A stretch of DNA of 64,000 bases from Eledone cirrhosa (Eukaryota). Numbering within the stretch: position 1 is the stretch's first letter; each line of letters begins with the position of its first letter. A program made the translations under genes and the position numbers. The DNA lies in assembly GCA_964016885.1 (NCBI GenBank), contig OZ024745.1:77686001-77750000 (forward strand). Reading direction: 5' to 3'. Of the stretch, positions 35,361 to 50,115 are shown piece after piece. A model generated the notes under the pieces. That model worked only from the letters and a program-made list of their open reading frames with translations, searched no databases and was not told the DNA's origin.

Positions 35361-35592
35361 CAAAGCTCTATATATTGTGGAAACTACAGGTTTTATCAAG
35401 TTGAATTTAATTGCGGTTAAAAGTCACAGAAGAAACGAATAATAAAGAGTGTTTCACAAGGGTAATCACATCACCTTTCTACAATACACTCTTGTCCCCT
35501 CTCTGTCTCTCTCTCTCTCTCTCTCTCAATACAAACACTGACACACGCACGTGTCCCCCCCCCCCCACCACACACACGCACCCGCACACACG

Positions 35593-35654
<62 letters not shown>

Positions 35655-35937
35655 GTTTTTCTTAATATATACTCTCTGCCTGTGTGTGCATCGAGTGCTC
35701 ATTTTTGTCCCACTACCAGTAATTTACTGAATCACATACGCTATATGTATATAGGTATATAGTTTGTGTATGTGTGTGTGTGTTTAATCACTCACTCTTC
35801 ATCCATACTGAGAGAAAGTGTCATACACTAATATCCTTACATGGTAATGTGCATTAACATGCACACTTCCACTTGCCTCATACACACATACACGCACACA
35901 CACACGCACACACACACACGCACACACACACACGCAT

Positions 35938-36050
<113 letters not shown>

Positions 36051-36129
36051 ATCCAGTTCACTGCTCTGAACTGGATTACACGTGAATAATCTTACACAGA
36101 CACACACACACACACATGCCCACACTCAC

Positions 36130-36685
36130 ACAAAAGCTTCCCTCTACAAGTCACGGAACACGCGCACACGCACGTGAAAAAATATATGTACACACACACA
36201 AACGTACACAATCACATATATAGAAACAATAAAAGAAAATCACCCCCACACACCCGCGTGTAAACTCATTCACACTCACACGCAAACTCACAGAGAAAAG
36301 CTATGTGTGCACACCCCAACTATATAAGACTCTGAGACACCCACGTGTCCACACACACACAGACAGACGTCACGCGCATTGACTAATTTCTTCCCTTTGG
36401 AACTCACACACAACCACACCCATGACACCCCTGTATCATCCACTTTGGCATCCCAGGCCGGACATTCCGCTTACCTCTCCCTACCTATATTTCTCCTGCC
36501 AACCCCTTTTCCTAATTTCCTTTCCTAATTTTCACACAAAACCCGTTCTCTCCTTATCCGAAATTCCGTGATGAAGGACTTATGTCCAAAACGTTGAACT
36601 CTCTTCTTTTTCCCCCAAGCGTGAATCTAATATAACTGTATTTTCGCATTCCTTTATTCCTGTGTTTGCTTTGCTTTGTTTCTTT

Positions 36686-36688
<3 letters not shown>
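36130..36688 (+). mobile_element. PLE 3'UTR/pseudo-LTR remnant with decayed HHR at ~36565-36600
   Basis: GTGATGA-AGGAC TTAT GTCC-AAAA-CGTT. Confidence 0.4.
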
Positions 36689-36755
<67 letters not shown>

Positions 36756-36774
36756 CTCTCTCTCTCTCTCTCCC

Positions 36775-36868
<94 letters not shown>

Positions 36869-37789
36869 TTTATTTATACTTACTTTTGCAACCATGCGTA
36901 ATATATTGTAGTTCAAGAATCCTGACGTCATGCTTCCTTCTTTTTGCCCTCTCTCGTGTAAATGTTCTGATATACTGAAATGTTATATTCTAACAGTTTG
37001 TCCTTCTTTGTTAATTTGTATTGTACAAAATTATTTTGTGACACTATCTTTCGTATATAATTTATACCATCTGTCTTTGTGCCACGTTTGCAATATTGGT
37101 ACAGTTTCCAATGTTTATACGTACCCACTTTTTTCTTTCCTACTTTCGTAGCGGTTTTATGAAAACTAGTCAGCCTAAAAACTCATAACCAATTCTTTGT
37201 TTGTGGTTAAATGGTTTATACTCATTTGATATTTGTACTTTATAGTATTCTATTATGATATGTAATGGAGAAAACAGATCTAGTGATAATATCTGAACAT
37301 TTTTCGTGTCGAATTTTAAACATCAGCCTTGGAGCTGGTGGTGGGATTTCTCGCTGTCTATATTGGCAATTTTGAATCTGATAGAATGCAGACAAGAGAA
37401 AGTTCTGTTCTAACTACTTATCATAATCCTGGAGTAGTTTCTTTACTTTTATTATTTCTTGTAAGAATTCAGTTTGTTTTCTTAGTTACTCGTTACTGAA
37501 AAACGTTGTTATATTTATTACCCTATAAAAATTAGAAAAAGATTTCGCGGTTTTTAAAGACATTTTTTATTTATGTCTACCAGTGTTTTCTGCTATATCA
37601 GTGGTTCCCAAACTTTTCCAAAGACCAATTTAATTCCTATTTTGTTCGGGTGGACCCCCATAGCCAATCTACATTTAAATATTATTAGGAATTGAATAAA
37701 AAAATGGTTGCAATATTTTGTGTATTGTAAAAGTATAACAAATTTATTGCACATTAACTTTAGCAACTGTTATATCCAGGAAATCTGCA

Positions 37790-38120
37790 ATTTTTAGGTT
37801 GGTTATAACAGTAGTTCTTAGGCCTAGCTATCTCACCACACTAATTACGGTTTTTCTCAGCTTATCTATATCGCGTCCATTACAGTTGCGGGCTATACCT
37901 AGTTCATCGTCTCTGTACAGTCTAAGTTCAACGCCTTGGAGTTTATTCTTCAGAGTGTGTAACAGATATAGACCGTCTACGTCTGCCACCTCTTCACCGT
38001 CGAAACTACCCATTGGAACGGCGAAGAGCTTACCACCGTGGTTGTTAACCCAGAAAGAGTCTTCGTGGCACAACAATAACTACCTCGCATTTAAAATACG
38101 TCGTTGTCTGTTATGGTAGT
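37790..38120 (-). pseudogene. PLE reverse transcriptase palm fragment
   Basis: FAVPMGSFDGEEVAD..GLYLL...LYRDDELG, homologous to ORF 8331-9905. Confidence 0.75.
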
Positions 38121-39061
38121 GTAATGTTTTTCCGAATTCCGAATTTTTGAATTTACTAATTCTTTTAATTTTTAATTAAGAAAAATATTTTATTTATTCT
38201 ATTATTTTCCTCTAATATGTTTTCTAATTTTTCCTCTATTTTTAATTTTTTTCTCTTCCAATTTTGCCATAGTCAATTCTTCAACTTTTCATTTTTCTTT
38301 ACCTCTCTTATTCCTCATAACTTACATGCGCCTAACATGCACGCACACACCCACACTACCCACCACCACAACTATCATCATCATATATAATCCCATGATA
38401 TTTTTAACCACCATAGTAGTTATATCTCCATAAGTTATATTTCATATATCTACTTAACATCAATACCACCCCACCACAACTCACTCATCTATCATAGATT
38501 ATATTCCCATAATCTTCACCGTACCCAATTCTTTAATTATTCACGTCACTAATTTTCCGCCACCTCCCTACCACGTCTTCTCCCTACCACCACCACAGTA
38601 ATCGTACACCCACCACACATATATACGTATGTATGAACTGGAACTTTTATATTCATAATCATATCTGTATGTATGTATGCCTCTGTGTAGACATGTATTT
38701 CTTTACATGTTTGCATGCATTTTATGTGTATATATGTACGCATATTTATATATGTGTATACGGGCATTCATATGTGTTTGTCTGCGTTCATATGTGTTTG
38801 TCTTGTTCATATGTGTTTGTCTTGTTCATATGTGTTTGTATGCACATATATATATGTGTATGCGTGCGTGTGTTTGTATGTATGTATATTTATGCATTTA
38901 TGTGTATATATACATATATATATATTGTATACAATTATATATTGCACTCAGTGCTCCTGTGGGAGCCCCTACATGGACACAGCAGCGATAATGAGGGACA
39001 GAGACCGCTGGAGAGAACTCGTCCATGGATCTCGGGAATTTTACCCGCCCTAGATAGATGA

Positions 39062-39142
<81 letters not shown>

Positions 39143-39670
39143 GTGTGTATATTTATATGTTTATGTTTAACTTTACATGCGTGCCCATGTGTCTCATGCG
39201 TATATGTATATATACAACCTTAAAAACATTTATCTTTTATAACTTTTAAATACTTTTTTATATATTTTCTTGAATGTCTTTTATAAGTATAGTTGAGCTT
39301 GGGTGTGTATATATATATTTATTTACATATATCACCCGTATGTGTGATTTTAGATCTATGTATGTGTAGATATCTTTCCGTGTAGGCATATAATTGTATA
39401 CATATGTATATTTCATCCACCACTTTATCCTGCCAATCCCAACAGCATTTTTCACTAACCCCTCCTCCACATTCACCACCTGCCTTCCACTGACCAATTA
39501 AATTTCTATGGCTTAATTCCTATTTTCTATGGCTACACCCATTACTATCCTATATGGCCTTCTTCTACTCTCCTCTGCCACCACCTATTACAATTACCCC
39601 TTCTCAATTAAATCCTCGTTCCCCCACCCCACGTCTTCCTTATTTATACTGTGTCTGCTATTGAAACGTT

Positions 39671-39725
39671 AGTTCTTGTCTGATGACTCTGTGATAAACA
39701 GGTGAAATTTCAGAGTAACAAGACT
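39671..39725 (+). ncRNA. Type I hammerhead ribozyme in a probable pseudo-LTR remnant
   Basis: TCTTGT-CTGATGA-CTCTGT GATAA ACAGGT-GAAA-TTTCAGAG-TA-ACAAGA. Confidence 0.7.
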
Positions 39726-40717
39726 GTTTCCTAACGTTAATTCTATATTTCTTTGCTTATTCATAATATCTTATCATAACATTCTCTAGTTATATTACCA
39801 CCCAACAGTGTTTCTCAAAATATCTCTGAGTAGAATTTCAGTTGATAAATAGTATTTCTGATACCTGGTTTTATATTTTTGATCTTACTTTTAATTTGTT
39901 TCTCCCAGACAATAAATTGTTTCCGAGTTCTACTTTTCAAAATCCTTCCTTCTATAACGAATGGATCGTTATATATTTATTTAACTCATAACTGATTTAG
40001 ATGGAAATAATTCCAGCACCACAACCACTATGATTTTCATCAAATGCTCCACTGCAGCAATAGACAGTTGCAACAGCTTCTATAAAACCATCACCAGCTC
40101 AGTAAAAGTACAGTAACTTTAGCCACCACCACAACTTATGGATTTTGTCAAACAGTTGTCGTCACATCGATCCAACTCTCGGTCGAATTCATCATAAAGA
40201 TCGTCTACCCTCGCCTTCATTTGAGCAGGAAGGACAGGCAATTTCCTTTTCTGTCTGGTGGCTATGGTGAAAGATTTGTGTGGTGGCGCGACTGAGTACT
40301 GAAGACGGACACTTTCCTTTTTTTGCAAAACCCGCATCAACATGTTTATGTTTCCATTGGTAAGGGTGATTAGGCAGGTACTTCCACTCAGCAAATTTGT
40401 TCAAAGGTGGAAGCAAGTGGTGACTATGCCCCAAGTGAATGAACCCCCAATCAGCATGCACTTGTAAGGCGAAGAAAGACTGATAGGAGAAGACCCTTGT
40501 TCTTTGTTGACATGTCTAATTTTGGTTTCGTTTATTGATTCTATTTGGCGCTCACCCTGTAAATGGAATCCTCCCATGTTATTTTGTGGTTATCTTTTGT
40601 TTTTGACATTTACATTTTAATCGATATACTACACCACCGTGATGTATCTAATATTTTGCACTTTCATCAACGTCTTTGGGCCCTCATGACAATTATGAAA
40701 ATTCTTATTGTTGCTGT

Positions 40718-40719
40718 TG

Positions 40720-40781
<62 letters not shown>
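40718..40781. repeat. (CTA)n microsatellite
   Basis: Direct reading. Confidence 0.95.
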
Positions 40782-40783
<2 letters not shown>

Positions 40784-42524
40784 ATCAGATTTCTGACTCA
40801 GTTTACTGTCTGTCAACAGCCAGGAAACAGCCTTTCTCATATCCTTTGACACTACTTCCTGTTATTACAACTGCATTTAGTCATAGGATGTAATAAAGAA
40901 AGACGTTTGTAAGTCCACAAAAATATGATATCAAAGAATATGGCGAAAGATATAACCAGTGGGAAAAAAACCCAGAAAAAAGAAAATTCCTTATCAGAAT
41001 GAATATAACTGATACTGATGTGAATTTTGAACTTAACTCAACTCTTCAGCTGGCATTTGTCTACACATTTGTACATAAAATACTTATATTACATACATTA
41101 TAAATATAAATACATACCTTTATATATAAATACATAATTCATACCATAGACATTTCCTTTATTCATACATATTTTATTAATACATCCACATACCCTGTAA
41201 ACATAAATCGTAAGACTAATTGGTTTTGGAATGAAAAATATAAATACACACCTAAAATTATTAATAAAGCAGGTTCAGCAAAACTGATCTATGAATATTG
41301 CTTTCCAATTCATACTAAGTCGGTTTCTGAGATCTTTTGCATTTTTTGATGGCCTCGTTTGCGCCAGTCACCAATTCGGTACTTTTATAAGACACAGAAA
41401 GACTACAATGTCTTCGTTCTCCATCAAGGAATATTACAAAAAGCTTCGCATATACTGCATACTATGGAGTCACATGTAATGTATAACCATGGAATATAAC
41501 AATTGGACATAAATCATGGTTAGATGAGATCTTGGGCATAGATTTTAAACCACCAAATTATTAACTGTCACCACAAATGTTTACATTAATAGTGAGGTTA
41601 TCAATGTCAACCTAAAAAGAAAACAAGGATGTGATTTCACATTATATATCTTCGACAAAATATATTAGCCAACAAGCAGTGCATATATGTATGCATTCTG
41701 CATACATGAACCAAATAGTGTATCGTAAGACTTGGAAAGGAGATCCTCACAAAATAATATTTGACTTGCGGCCAGGAATACACACCAAGGGAAGCTGCAT
41801 ATCCTTTTACCACAAAAGAAAGGGCTCTCTGCTTTTTAGCTTAAGGTCGTACACAGTTATGTTGTCAGAAACTTCAGAGTGGCAGTAACATACGAAATAA
41901 CCAGTGTATTCTATCGTAGACCACCAACCGTTCCATTAGGACTCAGCTGGAAGGGTATGCTTTTGCAATCCAGAAGCAAGCAATACTAATAAAATTCCTA
42001 ATACCCCAAATGTATAGAGATGCAAATAAAGCACTTAGATATGGCAATCGGTTTAGATTCTATAGAATTAACCCTGAAGATGTGACACACATCATAAGCA
42101 ACAATCCGAAAATTTCTTAGGTAAGGTATTATTGTGAAGTGTGTTTGGCCTTTATGTTTGACATGATGTAGTGGCTAAACACTATGCAATGCAATCTATA
42201 CAAAGAATAGCCTCGAAAGAAAAAAATGTTTGAGAAGATATTTACACACAAGCGATAAAGAAAAAATCAGTTGCATCTCTTACTTTAGCAAGGACGGAAG
42301 CAACCCAAACTAGTGTGATCGAAAATCAGCATGCTGGAGTTTTAACGAAAAAACAATTTAACCAAATAACAAATGTTTTGAAGATCCAAAACTGCGAAAG
42401 AAGACTTTGCTATCATCAATATTTTATACATTTTATAAAGATCTTTTTTATATATACCAGGTGCCCCTTTGGAACCACATTTTAAAATCATTTTTCTTAT
42501 TTGTATGTGTATATATATATATAT

Positions 42525-43325
42525 ATATCAACTGAAAATTGATTGATATATATATATATATCTAAAATAAACACAGTGAAACAATCACAGGGAATAATTT
42601 GTAAAAGTGTGTAAGCACACACAGCTATGTAGGTAACTAATTAAAGTTTAACTAGAATTTTAAAAATAGATACCTTATAAATGGATTAATCTTCCTTGTA
42701 TATATTTCATTAAAGAAATATATTTCACCATCAATCGTTCGGTAAACCAAAGTAGCCAAATCCGGATTTTCAACAAGGCAGAAGACCTAACTATCTGTGT
42801 TTACACAGCAAATTCAAATCTGCGAATGACTATAGCACGTGTTGCACTTTTCAAAAATACACACATTGTACCAGCTTCATCTCAGTGGCGTGAATAGGGT
42901 TATCGACAACTAGAAATAGCAGTCGAGTACTTTCAACTGAGTTAGCTCAACAATTAAGGGGCCGTATATATCCAAAATTAAACTAAGGGTGTCATGTCAG
43001 AGAGACATGCGTCATATCCACTGTAGAATATGCTCCAAGATTCCAACGAATAGATCTGAGCATTTTATATCAACTAAAAGTTGATTGACATATATATATA
43101 TCTAAAATAAACATATGAAACAATCAGGGAATAATTTGTAAAAGTGTGTAAGCACACAGCTATGTAGGTAACTAATTGAAGTTTAACTAGAACTTTAAAA
43201 ATAGATACCTTATAAATGGATTACTCTTCCTTGTGTATATTTCATTAAAGAAATATATATATTCTACAGTGGATATGGCGCATGTCTCTCTGACATGACA
43301 CCCTTAATTTAATTTAATTTAATTT
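42525..43325. repeat. Direct + inverted duplication block in TA context
   Basis: ~42525-42722 is repeated at ~43066-43258; ~42978-43031 is inverted at ~43259-43312. Confidence 0.7.
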
Positions 43326-43404
<79 letters not shown>

Positions 43405-43949
43405 CATGATAATATGTATCATAATGTAACATAATACAGCATAACATTTCGTAGTGTAAAACAGTATATACTGCAACACATTTTACCATTTCATTATTAT
43501 ACTATTCCAAGATTCTAGTTTACAATATAACTAATACTTGGCCATTTGAAACTTTATTTTAAATATGGTATGTATATTTAGGCCAAGTCGCTACATGGAC
43601 TTTTACAAGTAAAAGCTGTTAGTGAGGCTTAGATGCTAGTAAGATGAGGTCAGATTCTTGTTAAAATACACTTATATTGCCTGTAATTTCAGAATATGTA
43701 GAAAGTGTACTGGCATAAGCATTTCAAAAAGGATGTTTATGTGTAGTCATACATGCATATTTATATCTAATCATTTACATAGTTAGAAACCCATATGTGC
43801 ATAGTCCCACACATACACGCATATAAGCACATACACGTGCACACATACATTTAATATATATATATACACATATATACATATATATACATCCATGTGTACT
43901 TTAAGATGTGTATGTATAATCAATTTATGTGGATATAACACATATTGGG

Positions 43950-44785
43950 TGTGTGGAGAAATTATTTCTAGATTATATTGGAAGGAAAGAGGAGGACATA
44001 GCTTTTTCCTATGGAGAGTATATTAATTGTTATATTAAAGTCTTGGGGAGAAATCAAGATTAAGACTAGTGGATTATAGTTGAAATTAATTTTAAAATAA
44101 AAGTAGAATTTGAATTATAAACTTTAAAAATTATTACGCTAATGTGTTGTTAATTCTTAGTAAATAAGATAGGAATTATTTGGGATTTAGTAGAAGTGGG
44201 GGTATTTATTATGTCAATAATTAATCTATAAAAAATACATTGTAAAAAAAAAAATATATATATATATATAAATATATTTAAAAAATGTATAAATAAAAAC
44301 CACATAATATTTACTATAAATTGAAAGATTGAGAACATTTACGCGAGCAGGTGGAAAGAATCTCAGATTTTCTTTTAAGAATTTCTAGTTTGGATTTCAA
44401 CATTCAATGAGGCACAAGTTATACTATATGCTTCCAATTTGGTAAGAATGGGCGACATCCAGGACCTTCCAATTAATGGAGTACTCGGTATTGGTTTCTT
44501 TGGGGTAATATATATACCGAGAAAATGAGGTTGAACTACTAAGTTTTTTCTTCCTAAAAGAGTGGAGGTGAATATAATATTGAGATTTAAAACTACTCGT
44601 TCCATCACCAACATATATCTTGTTATTAGTTTGTGTGGATATAGTACATTGGTAAACTACATTTTATCTGTTAGATGATTATGGTTAAGAGGGCAGGAAT
44701 TAGGCTTTCTACAGTTACAATTTCTACCAGATATTACAATTTCTATAGCAATTAGAATATTGGTGATGGAACGACGTGCGAGAGT
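43950..44785 (-). pseudogene. Decayed PLE GIY-YIG end and 3'UTR
   Basis: CNCRKPNSCPLN and YSINWKVLD...NLCLIE fragments on the minus strand. Confidence 0.6.
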
Positions 44786-44919
44786 TTCAGATATTGTCAT
44801 TTAGGCTACCTTTTACCTGCGTTAGTTCTATCATTTGACATATTAGTATATTTTTTAATTTCTTATAAGTGAGTGATATGGAAATACAAGTATGTGTGTA
44901 TGTGTATATATACAAACAA

Positions 44920-45190
44920 ATCTTCTTCTTCTTCTTCTTCTTCTTCTTCTTCTTCTTCTTCTTCTTCTTCTTCTTCTTCTTCTTCTTCTTCTTCTTCTTC
45001 TTCTTCTTCTTCTTCTTCTTCTTCTTCTTCTTCTTCTTCTTCTTCTTCTTCTTCTTCTTCTTCCCGTGGGTCCTTTCAGAAGCAACCGTCTCCAACTGAT
45101 CTGGCTGGATCTCCAGGCGAGACTAGCCAAGCTCATGGATGTTATCCAATCATCTTGCTCGGGGTCTATCGCAGGGTCTCCTGTCGGCTG
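44920..45190 (-). mobile_element. RTE-type LINE 3' end with long (GAA)n tail
   Basis: (TTC)n at 44920-45063 abuts sequence homologous to 32755-32892. Confidence 0.6.
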
Positions 45191-45771
45191 TTTTGGTTCC
45201 TTGATAAATAGAAGGATTGGAACATACAGTTGCCAGACGCGTATATATTTATGTATAAATGATGTATAAATACTATTTATTACTACACGAGCGCGTACAC
45301 GAATACTTCGGCTGGGAACTGGATAATCAACCAAAAAGTCGACAATCCTTATCTTGTCAATGCTCGTGTTCCTTGCCAAAATACTTGTACGACACTATTT
45401 TTGTTAAATTCAGAATTCTTGCTGTTCAACTCTTCCTGTGGTTAGCTTTTATGAGACTTCATATAAATATACAGGAACATATTTTGGCGTCAAACTTGTA
45501 GACATACAAATGTGTGTGTATGTGAGTGTGTGTGTGTGTGTGTGTGTGTGCCTACGTTCATTCTAGTGTGTGTATATGTGTGTTTTTACCAGGATGATGT
45601 GCAATATAGTTGTCCGTTTCGGTTTTTGTTAATTTACCATGTTGATGCAATCATTCACACACACATGTATCCATAAACCGTATTTATACAAAAGTATTTA
45701 TCTAGATACATCTGCAGTTTGAGGTGTAAAGAAAGAAATTGATTTAATAAGAATTTGGAAAATATGAAATG

Positions 45772-46144
45772 TGTGCGTTCTCAAAAAAAATGACTATAAT
45801 GGTTTCTATATTTTATATATTCGACGACAGTCGACCTTCGTCAAATCGGACCGAGGAAACAATGTTTCCATTGGTCTTTCTAATTGCTAATACTCTCTAT
45901 GGGTCGCAACTCCAGGTAGAAGGAGCAACGTGAAATAAAGTGTCTTGCTCCAAGACATAGACACTTTATTTCTCGTTGCTCCTTCTATCTGGAGTTGCGA
46001 CCGATAGAAAGTATTAGTAATTATAAAGACCAATGGAAACATTGTTTCCTCGGTCCGATTTGACGAAGGTCGACTGTCGTCGAATATATAAAATAAAGAA
46101 ACCATTATAGTCATTGTGCGTTCTAAAACAAATGACTATAATGG
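45772..46144. repeat. SINE-derived ~327-bp hairpin flanked by a ~30-bp direct repeat
   Basis: Inverted arms 45789-45945 / 45959-46115; the arm is homologous to SINE 51900-52110; TGTGCGTTCT.AAA.AAATGACTATAATGG at both ends. Confidence 0.75.
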
Positions 46145-46392
46145 CAGTAAAGTAACCATGGAGCCGTACGAAATTGGACAGAGACACTTACAAGAAATCA
46201 AGCCCTACATCTCACGGATGCCGGAGGAGCACCTTATCCAATTCACTAAATTCCATCTTTTTAGAAGATTTCAATCCTGTAGCTAGAAATGTAAACAAAG
46301 CGCTTTATTAAAGAAACATTTGGAAAATTCGAAATTTGAATTGTCTGCAACCCAACTCAAATAACCATAATAACATTTGATAACTTTAAATA

Positions 46393-46508
46393 ATTGTTTC
46401 TACTATTGGCACAAGGCCAGCAATTACCCAGTACATTACTGGTACTTTATTTTATCAACCCCGTAAGGATGAAAGGCAAAGTTAACCTCGGCGGGATTTG
46501 AACTCAGA
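46393..46508 (-). mobile_element. tRNA-derived SINE family copy
   Basis: Matches 27450-27575 and 56011-56180. Confidence 0.75.
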
Positions 46509-46673
46509 GAAAATTGTCAAAAGTGCTCAAATGGGCATGAGGAAAATGTGGGGTTCGATTATATGCAATGTGTAGGTCCACATTTTTCTCCGTCCCACCC
46601 AGTCTTCAAAACTATTATTTATAGTGATCTACTATTATTATGGGGATCTTTTCCAGAGGCACATATTTTAAAT

Positions 46674-46793
<120 letters not shown>

Positions 46794-46866
46794 TTATAAT
46801 ACCGCAACAGCTTAACCACAAAAGAGTTTAACTATATAAGCCACTTCAAATGCAATACAAGCTCTT

Positions 46867-48561
46867 TTTACGGCTTACCGAAACTCCACAAATGTAAACC
46901 CATAAACGATGCATGTGACACCTCAACCAACAATTACATTGAACTAACACCACCAGAAGACCCCAAACTCAGGCCAATTATAGCAGGCCCTACATGTGAA
47001 ACCCACAGACTTAGCAACTTTCTGGACATCCTACTGAAACCCTTTCTACAACATATACAGAGCTACATACGAGATGACCTTGACATGCTGAAACACCTCC
47101 CTAAAACAGTAAGTGCAAATACAATTCTTGTCTCCTTTGACGTAATAAACCTCTACACAAACATACCCCACAACTATGGAATAACAGCAGTCCAATACTG
47201 GCTTAACACACACCCATCAGAAATACCGACACGCATCTACAAAGATTTTATCACTGACGGACTCCGCTTTATCCTACAAAATAACTACTTCACATTCAAT
47301 GGTTCAACATACAGACAAGTATCAGGTACGGCAATGGGCACGAAAGTAGCACCCACATATGCCAACCTAGTCATGGGATTCCATGAACAACAAATATACA
47401 GTCAGTCCCTTCTCTTATTTGGAGACTCTTTCCACACACACCTCAAAGCCAATTGGAAAAGATATCTAGACGACTGCTTTATCCTATGGCAAGAAGACAT
47501 GAACTCACTTACTATGTTTAAAAACATGATAAACAACATAGATAATAACATACAATTCACAATGGAATCCAATCCCAAGGAATTAGCCTTCTTGCATATT
47601 CTCATCTCTGTAATAGACGGGAAATTAGATACAGATATATTCTATAAACCCACAGATTCCAAGCAATACCTCTTTTTCACATCAAGTCACCCAAAACATA
47701 CAAAACTTAACATTCCTTACAATTTGGCCAAACGTATATGTACCATAGTATCAGATCCACCTAAACGGGAGCAAAGACTAAAGGAACTAAAAGACTTAAG
47801 AGCCTTTCCACTTGAGATAAGAGCCTTAAGAGCCTTTCCACTTGAAAGCCTTTCCACTTGAAATAATCAACAATGGAATAGACAGGGCAAAACACCTAAA
47901 TCCCCATCAACTTAACAATCCAAAACAGAAAACCACACTCAACACCCTGCCATATGTATCCACTTTCAACCCCAGAAATACCGAAATGTTTGATCACCTA
48001 CACAAAAACCTCTCCATCCTACTTAAAGATGTAAAAATGAAGTCTATTCTTGAAACACACAAGATCCTTAAAAGTAAAAGACAACCCAAATCACTAAAAC
48101 GCATTCTCACTGGACCAAATATACCCAAACCAATCCTCAACCCTACAGTTACCAAATGTGGTAGAACAAACTGTGGAACGTGCCTCTACCTCACTGAAGG
48201 ACAAAAATTTACATTTAAAGATGGCCAAACATTTACAGTAAAAAACAATTTCACCTGTAAATCGGAGAACTTGATTTACGCAATAACTTGCGGTGGGTGC
48301 AAACACAACTACATAGGACAGACGGGCACCTCATTACGCAAAAGAATGACCATCCACCGCCAACAAATCCGGGACGCTAGCACAAGAAAAATCCCCTTGA
48401 GCAGCCATATTGCGAACTGCGCAGGAATGACACTACCCAACTTTAAAATCTTCCCCTTCTACAAGTGCTCAGATTCGTTCACACAGCAACAAAGAATAAA
48501 CAAAGAGAATCTATTCCTTAACAAATTTAAACCAAAACTAAACGGGTTATCACCCCAATAG
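46867..48561 (+). pseudogene. PLE RT-GIY-YIG polyprotein, frameshifted at ~47797-47860
   Basis: FYGLPKLHK, LRPII, SFDVINLYTNIP, GTAMG, RYLDD, IYAITCGGC..YIGQT. Confidence 0.9.
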
Positions 48562-48944
48562 AATTGTCATAAAATATAAACACACATACGCACGGAGTGA
48601 CAGATATATGTGTTTGTATGTGTGCATGTATATAATTATCACTACTATTAAAGACCAGAGACCAATTCTGTAGAATCAGGTTTATTCGTTGACAGACCAT
48701 GCCTTTGTGTGACCAACACATCCATGTTAAACCCTGCACGTGCACACACATATATCTATATATATATGCGCACACAGAATTCACCACTGTCGGTTGCGGG
48801 GCCCAATCTACATGAAGAACTCAATGTGATCAGAATGACTTGTATTTTAATTTCACTGCCCTAACTTCTTATATTATGAAAACAATATATGTGTATGTAT
48901 GTATATATATATATTTGGAGGCCATTTCTCTGTGTGTGGGTGTA

Positions 48945-49001
<57 letters not shown>

Positions 49002-49238
49002 ATGTGGATGTATGTATTGTGTGTGCGTGTGTGTGTGTGTATGTATGTGTGTATCTGGATGTATGCGTATGTGTATATATATATGTGTGTGTGTGTATAT
49101 ATATATGTGTGTGTATGTGTATATATATGTGTGTGTGTGTGTGTTTGTATGTGTGTATGTATATATATGTGTGTGTGTATGTATGTGTGGGTGTGTGTAT
49201 ATATATGTGTATGTATATGTGTGTATATATATGTATGT

Positions 49239-49284
<46 letters not shown>

Positions 49285-49361
49285 ATGTATGTGTGTGTAT
49301 GTGCATATATGTGTGTGTGTATGTGTGTATGTATATGTATGTGTGTGTGTATGTATGTGTG

Positions 49362-49414
<53 letters not shown>

Positions 49415-49756
49415 ATGTATATGTATATGTATGTATGTGTGGATGAAGGTATGTGTGTATATATAGGTGTAAGTGCACTAAATCCCTTTCTATCAATCTC
49501 CCCTCTCCTACCGAGCACAGGAAGATATATGTATGTATATTGCTTCCACCCCCTTACTGACCAGCAGCTGGCCATCTGGCCATTGCTAAATTTGACCTTT
49601 ATAAAATAACCCACACCCCAAATAACTTCTCATTCACTACCAACGAGCTGCTACCAAGATGAAAACTACTATGAAATCCCACAATGAATTTTATACTTGA
49701 ATTTTCAAATCTCAAATTTTAACTCTTCTTATTATTAATTTTTCTTAATATTAATC

Positions 49757-49804
49757 AACATTTGAAAAGATGGCTTTTGCAGACCCATCGAAACCGGTCA
49801 TTTT
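49757..49804 (+). ncRNA. Type I hammerhead with U3-A8 core
   Basis: AACAT-TTGAAAA-GATGG...CCATC-GAAA-CCGG-TC-ATTTT (one stem I mismatch). Confidence 0.65.
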
Positions 49805-49914
49805 TTATACCCTTTATTATTTCCTTACCTTATAAAATTATATGTTTTTTCACAAAAAAGTATTCTGTCTCTTATATATTCCATGTGCCATTACCAACCT
49901 CAATTTTCTCTATT

Positions 49915-49991
<77 letters not shown>

Positions 49992-50008
49992 ATATATATA
50001 CATATATT

Positions 50009-50103
<95 letters not shown>

Positions 50104-50115
50104 TTATATATATAT

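Larger units (their letters stand above)
46795..49912 (+). mobile_element. 5'-truncated Penelope-like element (Neptune-like)
   Basis: RT + CxxxxCxxC linker + GIY-YIG, followed by a microsatellite-rich 3'UTR and an HHR-bearing end abutting (TA)n. Confidence 0.88.

Noticed and set aside
40119-40500. Possible host exon or transposase fragment
   Set aside because: No motif I can recognise with confidence and no clear splice structure.
44787-45379. Poly-K/R/S/F/L ORFs
   Set aside because: (TTC)n tail of an RTE fragment.
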